In this document: positions 39,732-50,791 of the stretch, piece after piece
Position numbering within the stretch: the stretch's first letter is position 1
Layout: every line of letters begins with the position of its first letter
Assembly (NCBI GenBank): GCA_003278705.1
Contig: QCDR01000002.1
Location: 52,593 to 116,592 of the forward strand
DNA length: 64,000 bases
From: Prochlorococcus sp. AG-355-J23
Lineage (GTDB): Bacteria; Cyanobacteriota; Cyanobacteriia; PCC-6307; Cyanobiaceae
Reading direction: 5' to 3'
The notes under the pieces: model-generated
The model's input: only the letters and a program-made list of their open reading frames with translations
Told to the model about the DNA's origin: nothing
Database searches by the model: none
Position numbers and translations under genes: made by a program

Positions 39732-40787
39732 ATGAATGTTGCAATAGTAGGTGCTACTGGTTACGGCGGTATTCAAGCGGTAAATCTTTTAAAGAAAAAT
39801 AAAAAATACAAAATTTCATTTTTAGGTGGTAATAAAACATCTGGTTCAAAGTGGAATGATAAATTCCCTTTTATTTATCTAGAAAATGATCCTTATATAG
39901 AAGAAATTTCAGTAGATAATATTTCAAAAAATGCGGATGTTGCTTTGCTTTGCTTACCAAATGGCCTATCTTCAACATTGACGAGGAAATTATTAGATAG
40001 AGGACTTAAAGTTATTGATTTATCTGCTGATTACAGATATAAGTCTTTAGATCTTTGGAAAAAAGTATATTCCAAAGAAGCTTCTATTTATAAAAGGAAT
40101 GATGATGATTTATGTAAAGAAGCGGTCTACGGTCTTCCTGAAATAAATAAAGAAGCCATTTCAAAAGGAAGATTAATTGCATGTCCAGGATGTTATCCAA
40201 CATCTGCTCTTATTCCATTAGTTCCTTATCTCTCGCAAGGAATTATTGAAAATGAAGGTATAGTAATTGATTCTAAAAGCGGAACTTCCGGAGGTGGTCG
40301 AGAACCAAACCAAAAGCTACTCTTATCAGAATGTGGAGAAGGTCTATCAGCATATGGATTGATAAACCATAGACATACCTCAGAGATCGAGCAAGAAGCA
40401 TCATTAATTTCTGGAAATAAAATTGAACTACTTTTTACACCTCATTTAGTTCCAATTTCAAGGGGTATGCATTCGACTATATATGGGAGATTAAGAGACC
40501 CAGGGCTAACTTCTGATGATTGCAGAATTCTTTTGGATAATTATTATAGAAATTTCAAAAATATTAAAGTCTTACCTGTTGATACATTCCCTTCAACTAA
40601 ATGGGTTAAAAATACAAATCAAATTTTCCTTTCTGTAAAAGTTGATATTCGAAATGGAAGGATAGTTATATTATCTGTAATTGATAATTTGTTAAAAGGA
40701 CAGACTGGGCAAGCAATTCAAAATTTAAATATTATGAGCGGATTTTCAATGGATGAAGGTCTTGATTTAACTAATAATTTTCCATAA
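39732..40787 (+). CDS. argC: N-acetyl-gamma-glutamyl-phosphate reductase
   Basis: GATGYGG, IDLSADYR, PGCYPT and DNLLKG motifs. Confidence 0.97.
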   Translation: MNVAIVGATGYGGIQAVNLLKKNKKYKISFLGGNKTSGSKWNDKFPFIYLENDPYIEEISVDNISKNADVALLCLPNGLSSTLTRKLLDRGLKVIDLSADYRYKSLDLWKKVYSKEASIYKRNDDDLCKEAVYGLPEINKEAISKGRLIACPGCYPTSALIPLVPYLSQGIIENEGIVIDSKSGTSGGGREPNQKLLLSECGEGLSAYGLINHRHTSEIEQEASLISGNKIELLFTPHLVPISRGMHSTIYGRLRDPGLTSDDCRILLDNYYRNFKNIKVLPVDTFPSTKWVKNTNQIFLSVKVDIRNGRIVILSVIDNLLKGQTGQAIQNLNIMSGFSMDEGLDLTNNFP

Positions 40788-41427
40788 AATTACTTCTTAT
40801 CAAAAAACCAGCAATAGAGATTGATTGAGGTAAAATTTTATGCTCAAGCATTTGAATTCTTTTGGTAAGTGATTCAATATCATCATCATTTCTAATTGAC
40901 AATGCAGCTTGCATTATCAATGATCCACTATCTACTTCCTCTTCAACAAAATGTACGGAACAACCAGTTATTTTTGAACCATTTAATATAGAGTCCTTTA
41001 TCGCAGAACCACCTTTATATGCTGGAAGTAATGAAGGGTGAATATTTATTATCTTATTCTTAAATTTATTAATAAAAAATGGAGTAACAATTTTCATCCA
41101 GCCTGCCATTACCACAAGTTCAACATCGTAATTAATTAAAGTATTTACAATTTCTAATTCAAATTCCTCTTTTTGCATAAAGTCTTTGTCTCTTATAATT
41201 TTGTGAGGTATTTTTTTACTTTCTGCTCTAAGAATACAACCTGCATCATCTTTGTTTGTTATTAAAACTTTTATATCTATATCTATTTCTCCTTTTTCTG
41301 AGAGATTAATTAATTCCTGAAAGTTTGTTCCTTTCCCAGAAGCAAGTACACCTATTTTTAATTTTGGGGAAAATCTTCTAAATTCAGATATCTCAGGCGA
41401 AATTATGTAATTAAATGATTTATCCAA
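40771..41427 (-). CDS. purN: Phosphoribosylglycinamide formyltransferase
   Basis: LASGKGTNFQ, INIHPSLLP and GCSVHFVEEEVDSG motifs. Confidence 0.96.
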   Translation of the reverse strand: MDKSFNYIISPEISEFRRFSPKLKIGVLASGKGTNFQELINLSEKGEIDIDIKVLITNKDDAGCILRAESKKIPHKIIRDKDFMQKEEFELEIVNTLINYDVELVVMAGWMKIVTPFFINKFKNKIINIHPSLLPAYKGGSAIKDSILNGSKITGCSVHFVEEEVDSGSLIMQAALSIRNDDDIESLTKRIQMLEHKILPQSISIAGFLIRSNFMENY

Positions 41428-41610
41428 TGTTTTTTAATTTTATCCAATGATAAATTCATATGAAATAAAAAAAACCCTCAATTTTAATTGTTTATATTCA
41501 AAAACATATTTATTTGAAGATAATAATTTAAACAAATTTAAATGATTCAAATCTATGTACTATTCGAATAGATATAATTGAATAATAAATAAAAGAAACA
41601 AATATATAAA

Positions 41611-43194
41611 ATGAATGGAGATTTTAACTCTTGGGATAAATTTTGTAATTATCTTTGGTTTGATAAAAAATTAAACATTTGGTTAGACATAAGCAAAATT
41701 AATTTCACAAGTAAAGAGATAAAAAATTTAGAAGAAAAATTTATAGATGTTTTTTCATCAATAAAAGAATTAGAAAATGGTGCAATCTCAAATATTGATG
41801 AAAATAGACAAGTTGGACATTACTGGCTTAGAAATCCATCAATTTCACCCTCTTCAATAATAGGAGAGGAAATTAGAGCAGATATTAATGCAATCTCTGA
41901 TTTTGGAAAGCAAATTTTAAATGGAGATATTAAGAATAAGAATAATCAGAAGTATACTGATGTTCTATGGATAGGAATTGGTGGAAGTGGATTAGGACCA
42001 TTACTTATTACAGAGTCATTGCAGAAGTGTTCTAGAGGCCTAAATTTTTCTTACATCGATAATGTTGATCCTTTTTTAATTAGCGAAAAGTTAGAAGAGT
42101 TATATGAAAAATTATCAACAACATTATTTGTAGTTGTAAGCAAATCAGGCGGTACGCCTGAACCTAGAATTGCTATGGAAATTATAAAAAGTCACTGCGA
42201 AAACAATTCTCTTGAATGGAATTCTAATGCTATAGCTATAACTATGAAAGATAGTAAGTTATTTAAAAAAGCCACTTCTGAAAATTGGTTAAAAATATTT
42301 AATTTGCAAGATTGGGTTGGAGGAAGAACTAGTATTACAAGCTCAGTGGGATTACTACCATTAGCTCTTATTAATGAAAATATATTTGAATTTATTAGAG
42401 GTGCATCATTAATGGATGAAGCCACACGTATAAGTGATTTCAAAAATAATCCAGCAGCACTATTATCATCCGCATGGTATTTAACTGGGGATGGTCTTGG
42501 GAAAAGAGATATGGTCGTATTACCTTATAGAGATAGGTTACAGGTATTTAGTAAATATCTCCAACAATTAGTAATGGAATCATTAGGAAAGAAATTTAAT
42601 AGGAATGGTGAAGTAGTTAATCAAGGTATTTCCGTTTTTGGTAATAAAGGATCTACAGATCAACATGCTTATGTTCAGCAACTGAGAGATGGTATTGATA
42701 ATTTCTTTTGTATTTTTATTGAATTATTAGATTCTCCATCTACTAATATTTTTAATGAAAAAGAGAATCCTAAAGAATATCTTTCTGGTTTTTTACAAGG
42801 AACAAGATCAGCACTCTCTAGTGAAAACAGACAAAGTATCACTATTACATTAGAAAAGTTAAATTGTTTTTCACTAGGTGCCTTAATCGCTTTATTTGAG
42901 AGGGCTGTATCCTTCTACGCTGAATTGGTAAATATAAATGCATATGATCAACCTGGAGTTGAAGCTGGAAAGAAAGCAGCTGCAAATATTATTGAGTATC
43001 AACAAAAAGTAAGTAATTTATTAGATGAAGGTGGAGAATATTCTATAAATGACATAACATCATTATTTGATAATTCAGTTAGTGAACCTATATTTTTTAT
43101 ACTCCGTGAAATGTGTTTCGGTAATGATAATTATTTAGTTAAGGGGAATTGGTCAGATCCAAATTCATTAGTTATTCAAAAAATAAATTCTTAA
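41611..43194 (+). CDS. pgi: Glucose-6-phosphate isomerase
   Basis: [34 protein letters not shown] and DQPGVEAGK motifs. Confidence 0.97.
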   Translation: MNGDFNSWDKFCNYLWFDKKLNIWLDISKINFTSKEIKNLEEKFIDVFSSIKELENGAISNIDENRQVGHYWLRNPSISPSSIIGEEIRADINAISDFGKQILNGDIKNKNNQKYTDVLWIGIGGSGLGPLLITESLQKCSRGLNFSYIDNVDPFLISEKLEELYEKLSTTLFVVVSKSGGTPEPRIAMEIIKSHCENNSLEWNSNAIAITMKDSKLFKKATSENWLKIFNLQDWVGGRTSITSSVGLLPLALINENIFEFIRGASLMDEATRISDFKNNPAALLSSAWYLTGDGLGKRDMVVLPYRDRLQVFSKYLQQLVMESLGKKFNRNGEVVNQGISVFGNKGSTDQHAYVQQLRDGIDNFFCIFIELLDSPSTNIFNEKENPKEYLSGFLQGTRSALSSENRQSITITLEKLNCFSLGALIALFERAVSFYAELVNINAYDQPGVEAGKKAAANIIEYQQKVSNLLDEGGEYSINDITSLFDNSVSEPIFFILREMCFGNDNYLVKGNWSDPNSLVIQKINS

Positions 43195-45761
43195 ACAACA
43201 ATATTCATTATTTTTCCTTTAACAATAATTATTTTTCTTATTTCCTTATCTTGAGTCCATTTTAATATGTTAGGTCTTTTAAGAGTCAATTCTTTAATTT
43301 GATCTTCGCTCATATCATTATTAATATTTACTTTGTCTCTAACTTTTCCATTCACTTGTATTACTAGTTCATATGAATCTTCCTTTAGTGCCTCGGGATT
43401 AAAGGAAGGCCAGTGTTCTAAATGTACAGATTTTTTAAATCCTATAAGATGCCATATTTCTTCTGCAATATGAGGTGCAAATGGAGCCAACAAAATACAA
43501 AATGTTTTTAAAGCATCAATTTTTAAATTATTGTTTATATCATTAATGGAATTTGATAATGAATTATAAAACTTCATTAGTTCTGAAATCGCAGTATTAA
43601 ATTGGTTATTTAATATGTCATTTGAAATTTCTTTTATAGCAATATTCATTGACTTTATTAAACTTTTTTCTTTATCTGGATAGGAATTAGATTTACTATT
43701 TATATCTTTTGCACAATTTATATAAAGCTTCCAAATCCTACTTAAAAATCTAAATTGTCCTTCAACATCTGTATCTCCCCATTCCAAATCTTTTTCTGGT
43801 GGTGCTTTAAATAATATAAACATTCTTGCTGTATCTGCTCCATATTTTTTAATTACTGATTCAGGGTCTATTCCATTATATTTAGACTTAGACATCTTCT
43901 CGAAAAGAACTTCAAGTTTAGAATTGTCAATTGGATCTGTAGGATTTGATAAGTCAGTAATATCGGAAGGAGAAACATATTTACCGGTTTTATTGTTTTT
44001 ATAGGCTGCGGACTGAACCATTCCTTGCGTTAATAGTTTTTTGAAAGGTTCATCAATATCAAATAGTTTATTATCTCGCAAAGCTTTTGTGAAAAATCTT
44101 GCATATAACAAATGCAATATTGCATGCTCTACTCCTCCAACATATTGATCTACAGGTAACCACTTATTAATTTCATTCTTTTCAAATGGCTTAGTTGAAC
44201 ATTTTGAAGATGGGTATCTTAAAAAATACCAAGATGAACACATGAAAGTGTCCATAGTATCAGTTTCTTTCCTTGCCGCTATTCCACATTTTGGACATGT
44301 TGTATTTATCCAATTATTATTATTACCTAAAGCATTAATCTTGTTAGCGGAAATTTCTATATCTTTTGGTAATGAAACAGGCAAATCCGATTGGTTTAAA
44401 GGAACAGCTCCACATTTTTTGCAATTAACGATGGGTATCGGACATCCCCAATATCTTTGTCTAGATATTAACCAATCTCTTAAACGATATTGAATTTTAT
44501 TTTCGGCCCATCCATTATTTACTCCCTCCTCTGCAATTTTTAATTTAGCAATAGTATTTTCTATACCATTGTATTGATTTGAATTAATTAGATATCCATT
44601 TTCTACATAAGCATTATCAAGCTCAATACTTTGTTCACTTTTATCCTTTACTATTACCTGTTTAATATCTATATTGTTTTTCTTAGCAAACTCAAAATCC
44701 CTTAAATCATGAGCAGGTACACCCATAACAGCGCCTGTACCGTATTCATCAAGAACATAACTTGCCACCCAAATAGGTATAGTTTCAGAATTAACTGGAT
44801 TTATTGCTATTAAGCTAGTTTTTATTCCAATTTTTTCAAGTTCATTATTTTTATTATCTTTTAAATATTGTTTAAGATTTTCTATATCTTGTATGGTTTC
44901 TTGATCAGTAATTTTTTTAATTAATGAATGATTTACAGAAATTGCTAAATAAGTAACTCCAAATAAAGTATCTGGCCTTGTTGTAAATACAGTTATTTTC
45001 TTTTCTGGATTTGTATTGATATTGAAATTAATATTTGCACCAATTGACTTTCCAATCCAATTATCTTGCATTATTTTTACTCTTTCTGGCCAGTTATCTA
45101 ATTTTTCTAAATCCTTCAATAACTCATCCGCATAATTAGTAATTCTTAAAAACCATTGCTTTAATAATTTCTTTTCAACTACTGCCCCAGATCTCCATGA
45201 TTTACCCTCTGAGTCAACTTGTTCATTCGCTAGGACTGTATTATCTATAGGATCCCAATTAACTTCTGATTCCTTTTGATATACAAGACCTGACTTGTAT
45301 AACTCTAAAAATAGATATTGAGTCCAAATATAATAATTTTCATCACATGTTGCAAATTCCCTATCCCAATCAACTGATAGTCCCAATAGCTTTAATTGTG
45401 ACTTCATATGAGAAATATTTTTTTTAGTCCAGATACTTGGACTAATTCCTCTTTCAATTGCAGCATTTTCAGCAGGCAAACCAAAAGCGTCCCAACCCAT
45501 TGGATGTAAGACAGATTTACCCTTAAACCTTTGGAATCGAGCTATTAAGTCTGTAATAACATAATTCCTAACATGTCCCATATGAAGATTACCTGAAGGG
45601 TAAGGAAACATTGATAAGGCATAAAACTTATCGCTATTCTCAGTTAATTCATCGGTTTTGTATAAATTGTTTTCCGTCCATATTGACTGCCATTTTTTTT
45701 CTATTTCAGATGGATTATATAAATTGGTATCAGCCTCATATTGTTTATCGGAAGAAATCAC
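43191..45761 (-). CDS. leuS: Leucine--tRNA ligase
   Basis: MFPYPSG.LHMGH (HIGH), FTTRPDT and KMSKS motifs. Confidence 0.98.
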   Translation of the reverse strand: MISSDKQYEADTNLYNPSEIEKKWQSIWTENNLYKTDELTENSDKFYALSMFPYPSGNLHMGHVRNYVITDLIARFQRFKGKSVLHPMGWDAFGLPAENAAIERGISPSIWTKKNISHMKSQLKLLGLSVDWDREFATCDENYYIWTQYLFLELYKSGLVYQKESEVNWDPIDNTVLANEQVDSEGKSWRSGAVVEKKLLKQWFLRITNYADELLKDLEKLDNWPERVKIMQDNWIGKSIGANINFNINTNPEKKITVFTTRPDTLFGVTYLAISVNHSLIKKITDQETIQDIENLKQYLKDNKNNELEKIGIKTSLIAINPVNSETIPIWVASYVLDEYGTGAVMGVPAHDLRDFEFAKKNNIDIKQVIVKDKSEQSIELDNAYVENGYLINSNQYNGIENTIAKLKIAEEGVNNGWAENKIQYRLRDWLISRQRYWGCPIPIVNCKKCGAVPLNQSDLPVSLPKDIEISANKINALGNNNNWINTTCPKCGIAARKETDTMDTFMCSSWYFLRYPSSKCSTKPFEKNEINKWLPVDQYVGGVEHAILHLLYARFFTKALRDNKLFDIDEPFKKLLTQGMVQSAAYKNNKTGKYVSPSDITDLSNPTDPIDNSKLEVLFEKMSKSKYNGIDPESVIKKYGADTARMFILFKAPPEKDLEWGDTDVEGQFRFLSRIWKLYINCAKDINSKSNSYPDKEKSLIKSMNIAIKEISNDILNNQFNTAISELMKFYNSLSNSINDINNNLKIDALKTFCILLAPFAPHIAEEIWHLIGFKKSVHLEHWPSFNPEALKEDSYELVIQVNGKVRDKVNINNDMSEDQIKELTLKRPNILKWTQDKEIRKIIIVKGKIMNIVV

Positions 45762-45868
45762 TTAATTTTTATTTGTTAAATTATTATTTTAATATCCATT
45801 GTATAAAATAGAAATAAATTGTTAAAAGGAATAATTTATAATTAAAATTTAAGATATATAAATTACAA

Positions 45869-46729
45869 ATGAAAAATATAAGTTTTGAAAAATATCAAGG
45901 TAACGGAAATGATTTCGTAATAATAGATTCTAGAAGAAATGAATTATATAAAAATTACAAGACAAATAAAATATTTGATATAAAAAAAATTTGCAACAGG
46001 CAATTTGGTATTGGAGCAGATGGTGTGATTTTTATAGAAGAACCTAATGAAGATAATTATGCAAAAATGATAATTTTTAATTCTGATGGTTCTGAAGCAC
46101 AAATGTGTGGAAACGGAATTAGGTGTTTAGTTGAGTATCTCCATGTAAATGATTCAATGAATAATAAAAATATAGAATATAAAATTGAGACTAAAGCAGG
46201 TTTAAAAATTGCAAAATATATAAATGATGAAATTACAGTAAAAATGGGAGTTCCAATTTTAGAATGTCAAAATATTCCAACAACAATTGAAAAAAAAATA
46301 AATTCAATTCCTTCACACGAATTTATTGAGAAAGATTTTAATAATATGGGTTATGCCGTAGGAATGGGAAATCCTCATTTAATATTCTTTGTAAAAGACA
46401 TAGAGTCAATTGTTCTTTCCAGACTTGGTCCTATATTTGAAAAAAATGAATTATTTCCTGAAAAAACTAATGTTCATTTTTGTCAAATTTTAAATAGAGA
46501 TAATATTAAAGTAAAAGTATGGGAAAGGGGTGCAGGACCAACCTTAGCTTGTGGAACAGGTGCCTGTGCTATCCATGTGGCAGCTTATAAATTAGGCCTT
46601 TGTAATTCACAAACCATAGTAACCTTACCAGGAGGTAATCTTAAAATTGATTGGTCAAAAGACGATTGTGAAGTGATGATGACCGGTAATGCTAAAAAGG
46701 TTTTCTCAGGATCAATGTTAGTAAATTAA
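45869..46729 (+). CDS. dapF: Diaminopimelate epimerase
   Basis: KYQGNGNDF, MCGNGIRC, MGNPH and ERGAGPTLACGTG motifs. Confidence 0.97.
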   Translation: MKNISFEKYQGNGNDFVIIDSRRNELYKNYKTNKIFDIKKICNRQFGIGADGVIFIEEPNEDNYAKMIIFNSDGSEAQMCGNGIRCLVEYLHVNDSMNNKNIEYKIETKAGLKIAKYINDEITVKMGVPILECQNIPTTIEKKINSIPSHEFIEKDFNNMGYAVGMGNPHLIFFVKDIESIVLSRLGPIFEKNELFPEKTNVHFCQILNRDNIKVKVWERGAGPTLACGTGACAIHVAAYKLGLCNSQTIVTLPGGNLKIDWSKDDCEVMMTGNAKKVFSGSMLVN

Positions 46730-47901
46730 TGGAAAATAATTATATCTATTTAGATAATGCATCCACAACTCCATTATCTGAGAATGTTTTAAATATAATT
46801 AATTCAACTTATAGGAATTATTGGCATAACCCTTCATCTACCTATGAGCTAGGGATAAAATGCTCTACATATCTTGAAAAAATTAGATCTAAAATTTCTA
46901 TTATATTTGAAGCAGATCCAGAGGATATAATTTTTACATCTGGTTCTTCGGAATCGACAAATATTGTATTTAATAATATTTATGAGAAATTTAAAAATGG
47001 TAGGGTTGTTATTTCAAATGTCGAACATCAAGCAACAACTATTTGTGCTAATAAACTAAGAAAACAAAATTGGGATATTTACGAATGGACTGTAAATAAT
47101 GATGGAATTTTAAATATTTCTAATATCGATAAATTTTTAAACAATGATACTAAGCTTGTATCAATTATTTGGGGACAAAGTGAAATTGGGACAGTACAAC
47201 CTGTTCAATTTATTGGTTCCAAATGTGAAGAATTAAATATAATGTTTCATTTAGATGGAACTCAAATATTAAGTAATGGAATATTCAGTTGGAAAGATCT
47301 TAAATGTGATTTTTTAAGTTTATCCGCTCATAAATTTGGAGGTCCAAAAGGGATCGGTATTCTTTTAACAAAAGAAAAGTCTAGACAAATTTTAAAAAAT
47401 AATGACATATCACTTACTCAGGAATTTTCAATTAGACAAGGTACACAAGCTTTGCCATTAATCGCTGGAATGTATGAATCACTAAAGAATATTGAAGGAA
47501 AAATAAAATTATATGATTTCATAACTGAATTTCCTTCTAATAATATTAATAAACTTAAAAATTATTTTTTTCAAAAAATAAAAGATAATAATCATATAAA
47601 GATTACGGGTAGTATTAACCATAGACTTCCCAGTCATATTTCTTTTCTACTATTAAATAAACTATTTGAGCCTATAAGGGCCTATAAGATTGTTAATTTC
47701 ATGTCAGAAAATAAAATAGCCATAAGTAGTGGAAGTGCTTGTTCAAGCTCATCTGGGAAACCTAGCTCAACACTTAAAAATATTGGTTTAAAAGATGATG
47801 AACTATATTCAAATATTCGTGTTACTTTAGGTTCAATAAACAATAAGTCAGAAATAGATAAATTTTTAGAACTTATTCAAATATGTATTGACAAATTTTA
47901 A
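46729..47901 (+). CDS. Cysteine desulfurase (NifS/IscS group I)
   Basis: YLDNASTT, SAHKFGGPKG and SSGSACSS motifs. Confidence 0.92.
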   Translation: MENNYIYLDNASTTPLSENVLNIINSTYRNYWHNPSSTYELGIKCSTYLEKIRSKISIIFEADPEDIIFTSGSSESTNIVFNNIYEKFKNGRVVISNVEHQATTICANKLRKQNWDIYEWTVNNDGILNISNIDKFLNNDTKLVSIIWGQSEIGTVQPVQFIGSKCEELNIMFHLDGTQILSNGIFSWKDLKCDFLSLSAHKFGGPKGIGILLTKEKSRQILKNNDISLTQEFSIRQGTQALPLIAGMYESLKNIEGKIKLYDFITEFPSNNINKLKNYFFQKIKDNNHIKITGSINHRLPSHISFLLLNKLFEPIRAYKIVNFMSENKIAISSGSACSSSSGKPSSTLKNIGLKDDELYSNIRVTLGSINNKSEIDKFLELIQICIDKF

Positions 47902-48527
47902 TGGAAACCAATTACAGACTACCTAAAGATTTAAATGAATCTCTTAAGAATATGGAGGATGCAATTATTCCAAGTTTATTAGATTCAAATAAAAGATTTA
48001 CTATAGAATTTAATTTTGAAGGATTGAAGTTCAACAGAATTGGAATAACCATCTACAAGATATTGGCTAAAAATAATAATGTATTCATAACATTTGCTGA
48101 TCAAGGTGCTGTGGCTTTGGCTCAAAGAGACTATCCAGATATCAAAGATAAAATCTTTACTTTTAAATCATTTAATGAATCAAATAATATAAATAATATT
48201 GATAGTGCAATGATATCGATACTACCTCAGCCATATGATTTCGATTCATTTGAACCAATGTCAGATAATTATCAAGGTACGCATTATTCATTAAATCCAA
48301 AATTTGAAGATGCCAATATTGGTATTGGAAGTGTTATTAGAGAGCGACGTAAAAACTTTGTCAAAACATGGAAAAATATTTATTTTCTGCAGCCTTTAAA
48401 TAAAGCGGCTCTTATGCATATTTATCCAAATAACTGGTTGCTTTTCAAAGAAGAAAATAAAAGATATTTTTTTAAAAAAGAATTTGAAATTAAACCCGAC
48501 AATGAATCTATTTTTGTAAATTTATAG
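47901..48527 (+). CDS. DUF1995 family protein
   Basis: D.GA.ALAQRD, IGIGSVIRERRK.F and YFLQPL...LMHIYP..W motifs. Confidence 0.8.
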   Translation: METNYRLPKDLNESLKNMEDAIIPSLLDSNKRFTIEFNFEGLKFNRIGITIYKILAKNNNVFITFADQGAVALAQRDYPDIKDKIFTFKSFNESNNINNIDSAMISILPQPYDFDSFEPMSDNYQGTHYSLNPKFEDANIGIGSVIRERRKNFVKTWKNIYFLQPLNKAALMHIYPNNWLLFKEENKRYFFKKEFEIKPDNESIFVNL

Positions 48528-48528
48528 A

Positions 48529-49752
48529 TTGAATGTGATAAAAAAAATATATTCATTTTTCTTTATTGTTCTTGTATTAGTAACATCTCCTTTCTTAATA
48601 AGATATTTACTAGCAAATCAGAAAATAACTATTTTAAATAGTATTTATTTTAATTCCCCGGGAATAATTAATAAAAACAAAATATGTCCTAATTACGATG
48701 CTTTATTGAATCAAACGCTTGATGATTCTTTTAGTGTATCAATTATTAATAATAAAGGGGAAATAATAAGTTCCTACAATGAGGATGTTCCAAGGTTGCC
48801 AGCTTCTAACCAAAAATTATTCTCATCAGCTTATGTTTTAAGTAAATATAAATTAAATAATAATTTAAAAACTTCCTTATTTAAAAATAAAAACAATTAT
48901 TATTTACACGGTCAAGGTGATCCAGATCTTAATTATGAAAATATAATCGAACTAATTTCAAATGTTAAAGAAAATAAAATTATTAACTTTAATATTGTAG
49001 AAATTGATTCAAAATTTTATTGGCCTAATGGTTGGACAAATACTGATAAACTTTACGAATATGGATCTCCAATTACATCTCTTGCAATAGAAAGTAATCA
49101 CAATAAATATGATGATATTTATGCATTAAAAAATTTTATTAAAAATTATTTAAAAAATAAATTTCCAAATTCAAAAATATATATAAATTTTTTTGATTCA
49201 GAAAAAACTTTTTATTTAAAAAATTTTAAAGAGATAAATAAAGTATATTCAACTCCAATTCTTTCATTATTAACTCTAACAAATTCTGAAAGCCATAATT
49301 TTACGGCTGAATCTCTTTTTAAAAATGCCTCAAATACATGGAACGATAATAACTATATAAAAATGAAAAAATGGCTTGAAAATAAAGGCCTACCAGCAAC
49401 TAATGCATACTTTGCAGATGCTAGTGGATTGTCTCGAAAAAATAAAATTACAACAAAGTTAGTTGTATTGTTTTTAGATAAAATGAGATATTTTAATGAT
49501 TTTAAAGCTTATCAATCTACACTTTCAATTACGGGATTGAGAGGAACATTAGCTAAAAGATTTGTAAATAGTGAATTGTCTGGAAAGTTTTTTGGCAAAA
49601 CTGGGACTCTTTCAAATGTCTTTGCATTATCTGGCTTTTTATATAAAAATGAAAAGCCCATAATTATAAGCATTATCCAAAATTCGAATAAAATTGATAA
49701 AGAAAAAGCTTTTAAATTATTACGTGATCTTTATTACTTGAAATCTTGTTAA
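48529..49752 (+). CDS. dacB: D-alanyl-D-alanine carboxypeptidase/endopeptidase (PBP4, S13)
   Basis: PASNQK (SxxK), SHN (SxN), DASGLSR and GKTGTL motifs. Confidence 0.92.
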   Translation: MNVIKKIYSFFFIVLVLVTSPFLIRYLLANQKITILNSIYFNSPGIINKNKICPNYDALLNQTLDDSFSVSIINNKGEIISSYNEDVPRLPASNQKLFSSAYVLSKYKLNNNLKTSLFKNKNNYYLHGQGDPDLNYENIIELISNVKENKIINFNIVEIDSKFYWPNGWTNTDKLYEYGSPITSLAIESNHNKYDDIYALKNFIKNYLKNKFPNSKIYINFFDSEKTFYLKNFKEINKVYSTPILSLLTLTNSESHNFTAESLFKNASNTWNDNNYIKMKKWLENKGLPATNAYFADASGLSRKNKITTKLVVLFLDKMRYFNDFKAYQSTLSITGLRGTLAKRFVNSELSGKFFGKTGTLSNVFALSGFLYKNEKPIIISIIQNSNKIDKEKAFKLLRDLYYLKSC

Positions 49753-49760
49753 CAAAAATA

Positions 49761-50234
49761 TTATTTAAAATATTCTTTTAAATCCCTCTCAACAGAGGGG
49801 GGTACCATGTGATTAATTTCACCACCAAATTTTGCAACTTCTTTTACTAAAGAACTACTAAGAAAACTATAATTTGTATTTGTCGATAAAAATATAGTTT
49901 CAATATCATTATTAAGAGATTTATTTGTATGAGCAATCTGAAGTTCATACTCAAAATCACTCATTGCTCTTAAGCCTCTGAGAATGAGATTTGCTTTTAG
50001 ATCATTTGCACAATCAACAGTTAGGCCAGAATAAGAAATAACTTCAATATTAGGTAAATGAGAAAGAGAATTTTTTATTTGTATTATTCTTCTTTCAAGA
50101 TTAAATGTTGGTGTTTTAGAGGTATTTTCTAAAACAGCGACTACTAGATTGCCAAATATTTTTTCAGCCCTTTCTATTAAATCAATATGCCCATTTGTTA
50201 AAGGATCAAATGTACCTGGATAAAGAATTTTCAT
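49761..50234 (-). CDS. coaD: Pantetheine-phosphate adenylyltransferase
   Basis: [24 protein letters not shown] and SSSLVKE motifs. Confidence 0.97.
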   Translation of the reverse strand: MKILYPGTFDPLTNGHIDLIERAEKIFGNLVVAVLENTSKTPTFNLERRIIQIKNSLSHLPNIEVISYSGLTVDCANDLKANLILRGLRAMSDFEYELQIAHTNKSLNNDIETIFLSTNTNYSFLSSSLVKEVAKFGGEINHMVPPSVERDLKEYFK

Positions 50235-50293
50235 GAATTTATTATGATCGAATAAGAAATTTAGTTAAAATAAAATTATTAGTTAAATCAATT

Positions 50294-50782
50294 ATGACAT
50301 TAAATCTAGAAGCAAAAAAAATCTTATTAAGAAAAATACCTCACGGATTATTTATTTGTGGCGTTAGAGACGAGGATAAAAATGAAGTAAATGGATTTAC
50401 TGCAAGTTGGGTGACTCAAGGTTCTTTCAACCCACCATTGGTTGTAATGGCTGTTAGAGCAGAGGGTTCTAGTCATGAAATAATAAAGTCAACCAATAAG
50501 TTCTCATTAAATGTTCTCAAAAGTGATCAAAAGGATCTAGCAGCTGTTTTCTTTAAACCTCAAAAAGCATTAGGAGGTAGATTTGAATCTGTTGAATTTA
50601 ATTTAGGTGAGCTTGGATTGCCTATTTTAGTTGATAGTGTTGGTGGTGTTGAATGTAATGTTGTTGGAAGTGTTATGCATGGAGACCATACAGTTTTTGT
50701 AGGAGAGGTGCAATCTGCTTATCTGAATAATGATGTTGACTCACTAAATTTATCTTCAACTGGCTGGAATTATGGAGGTTAA
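50294..50782 (+). CDS. Flavin reductase family protein
   Basis: ASWVTQGSFNPP and GDHTVFVGEV motifs. Confidence 0.9.
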   Translation: MTLNLEAKKILLRKIPHGLFICGVRDEDKNEVNGFTASWVTQGSFNPPLVVMAVRAEGSSHEIIKSTNKFSLNVLKSDQKDLAAVFFKPQKALGGRFESVEFNLGELGLPILVDSVGGVECNVVGSVMHGDHTVFVGEVQSAYLNNDVDSLNLSSTGWNYGG

Positions 50783-50791
50783 TCATTATAA

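Noticed and set aside
41419-41449. TTATCCAAT repeats as DnaA boxes or oriC
   Set aside because: Two mismatches to TTATCCACA, only two copies, and no dnaA/dnaN context.
41447-41545. 32-codon ORF MINSYEIKKTLNFNCLYSKTYLFEDNNLNKFK in the purN-pgi spacer
   Set aside because: Composition mirrors AT-rich spacer DNA, with no RBS, TM segment or motif.
41548-41562. Half LexA-like site (ATGTACTA) upstream of pgi
   Set aside because: Only one half-site matches; likely chance in AT-rich DNA.
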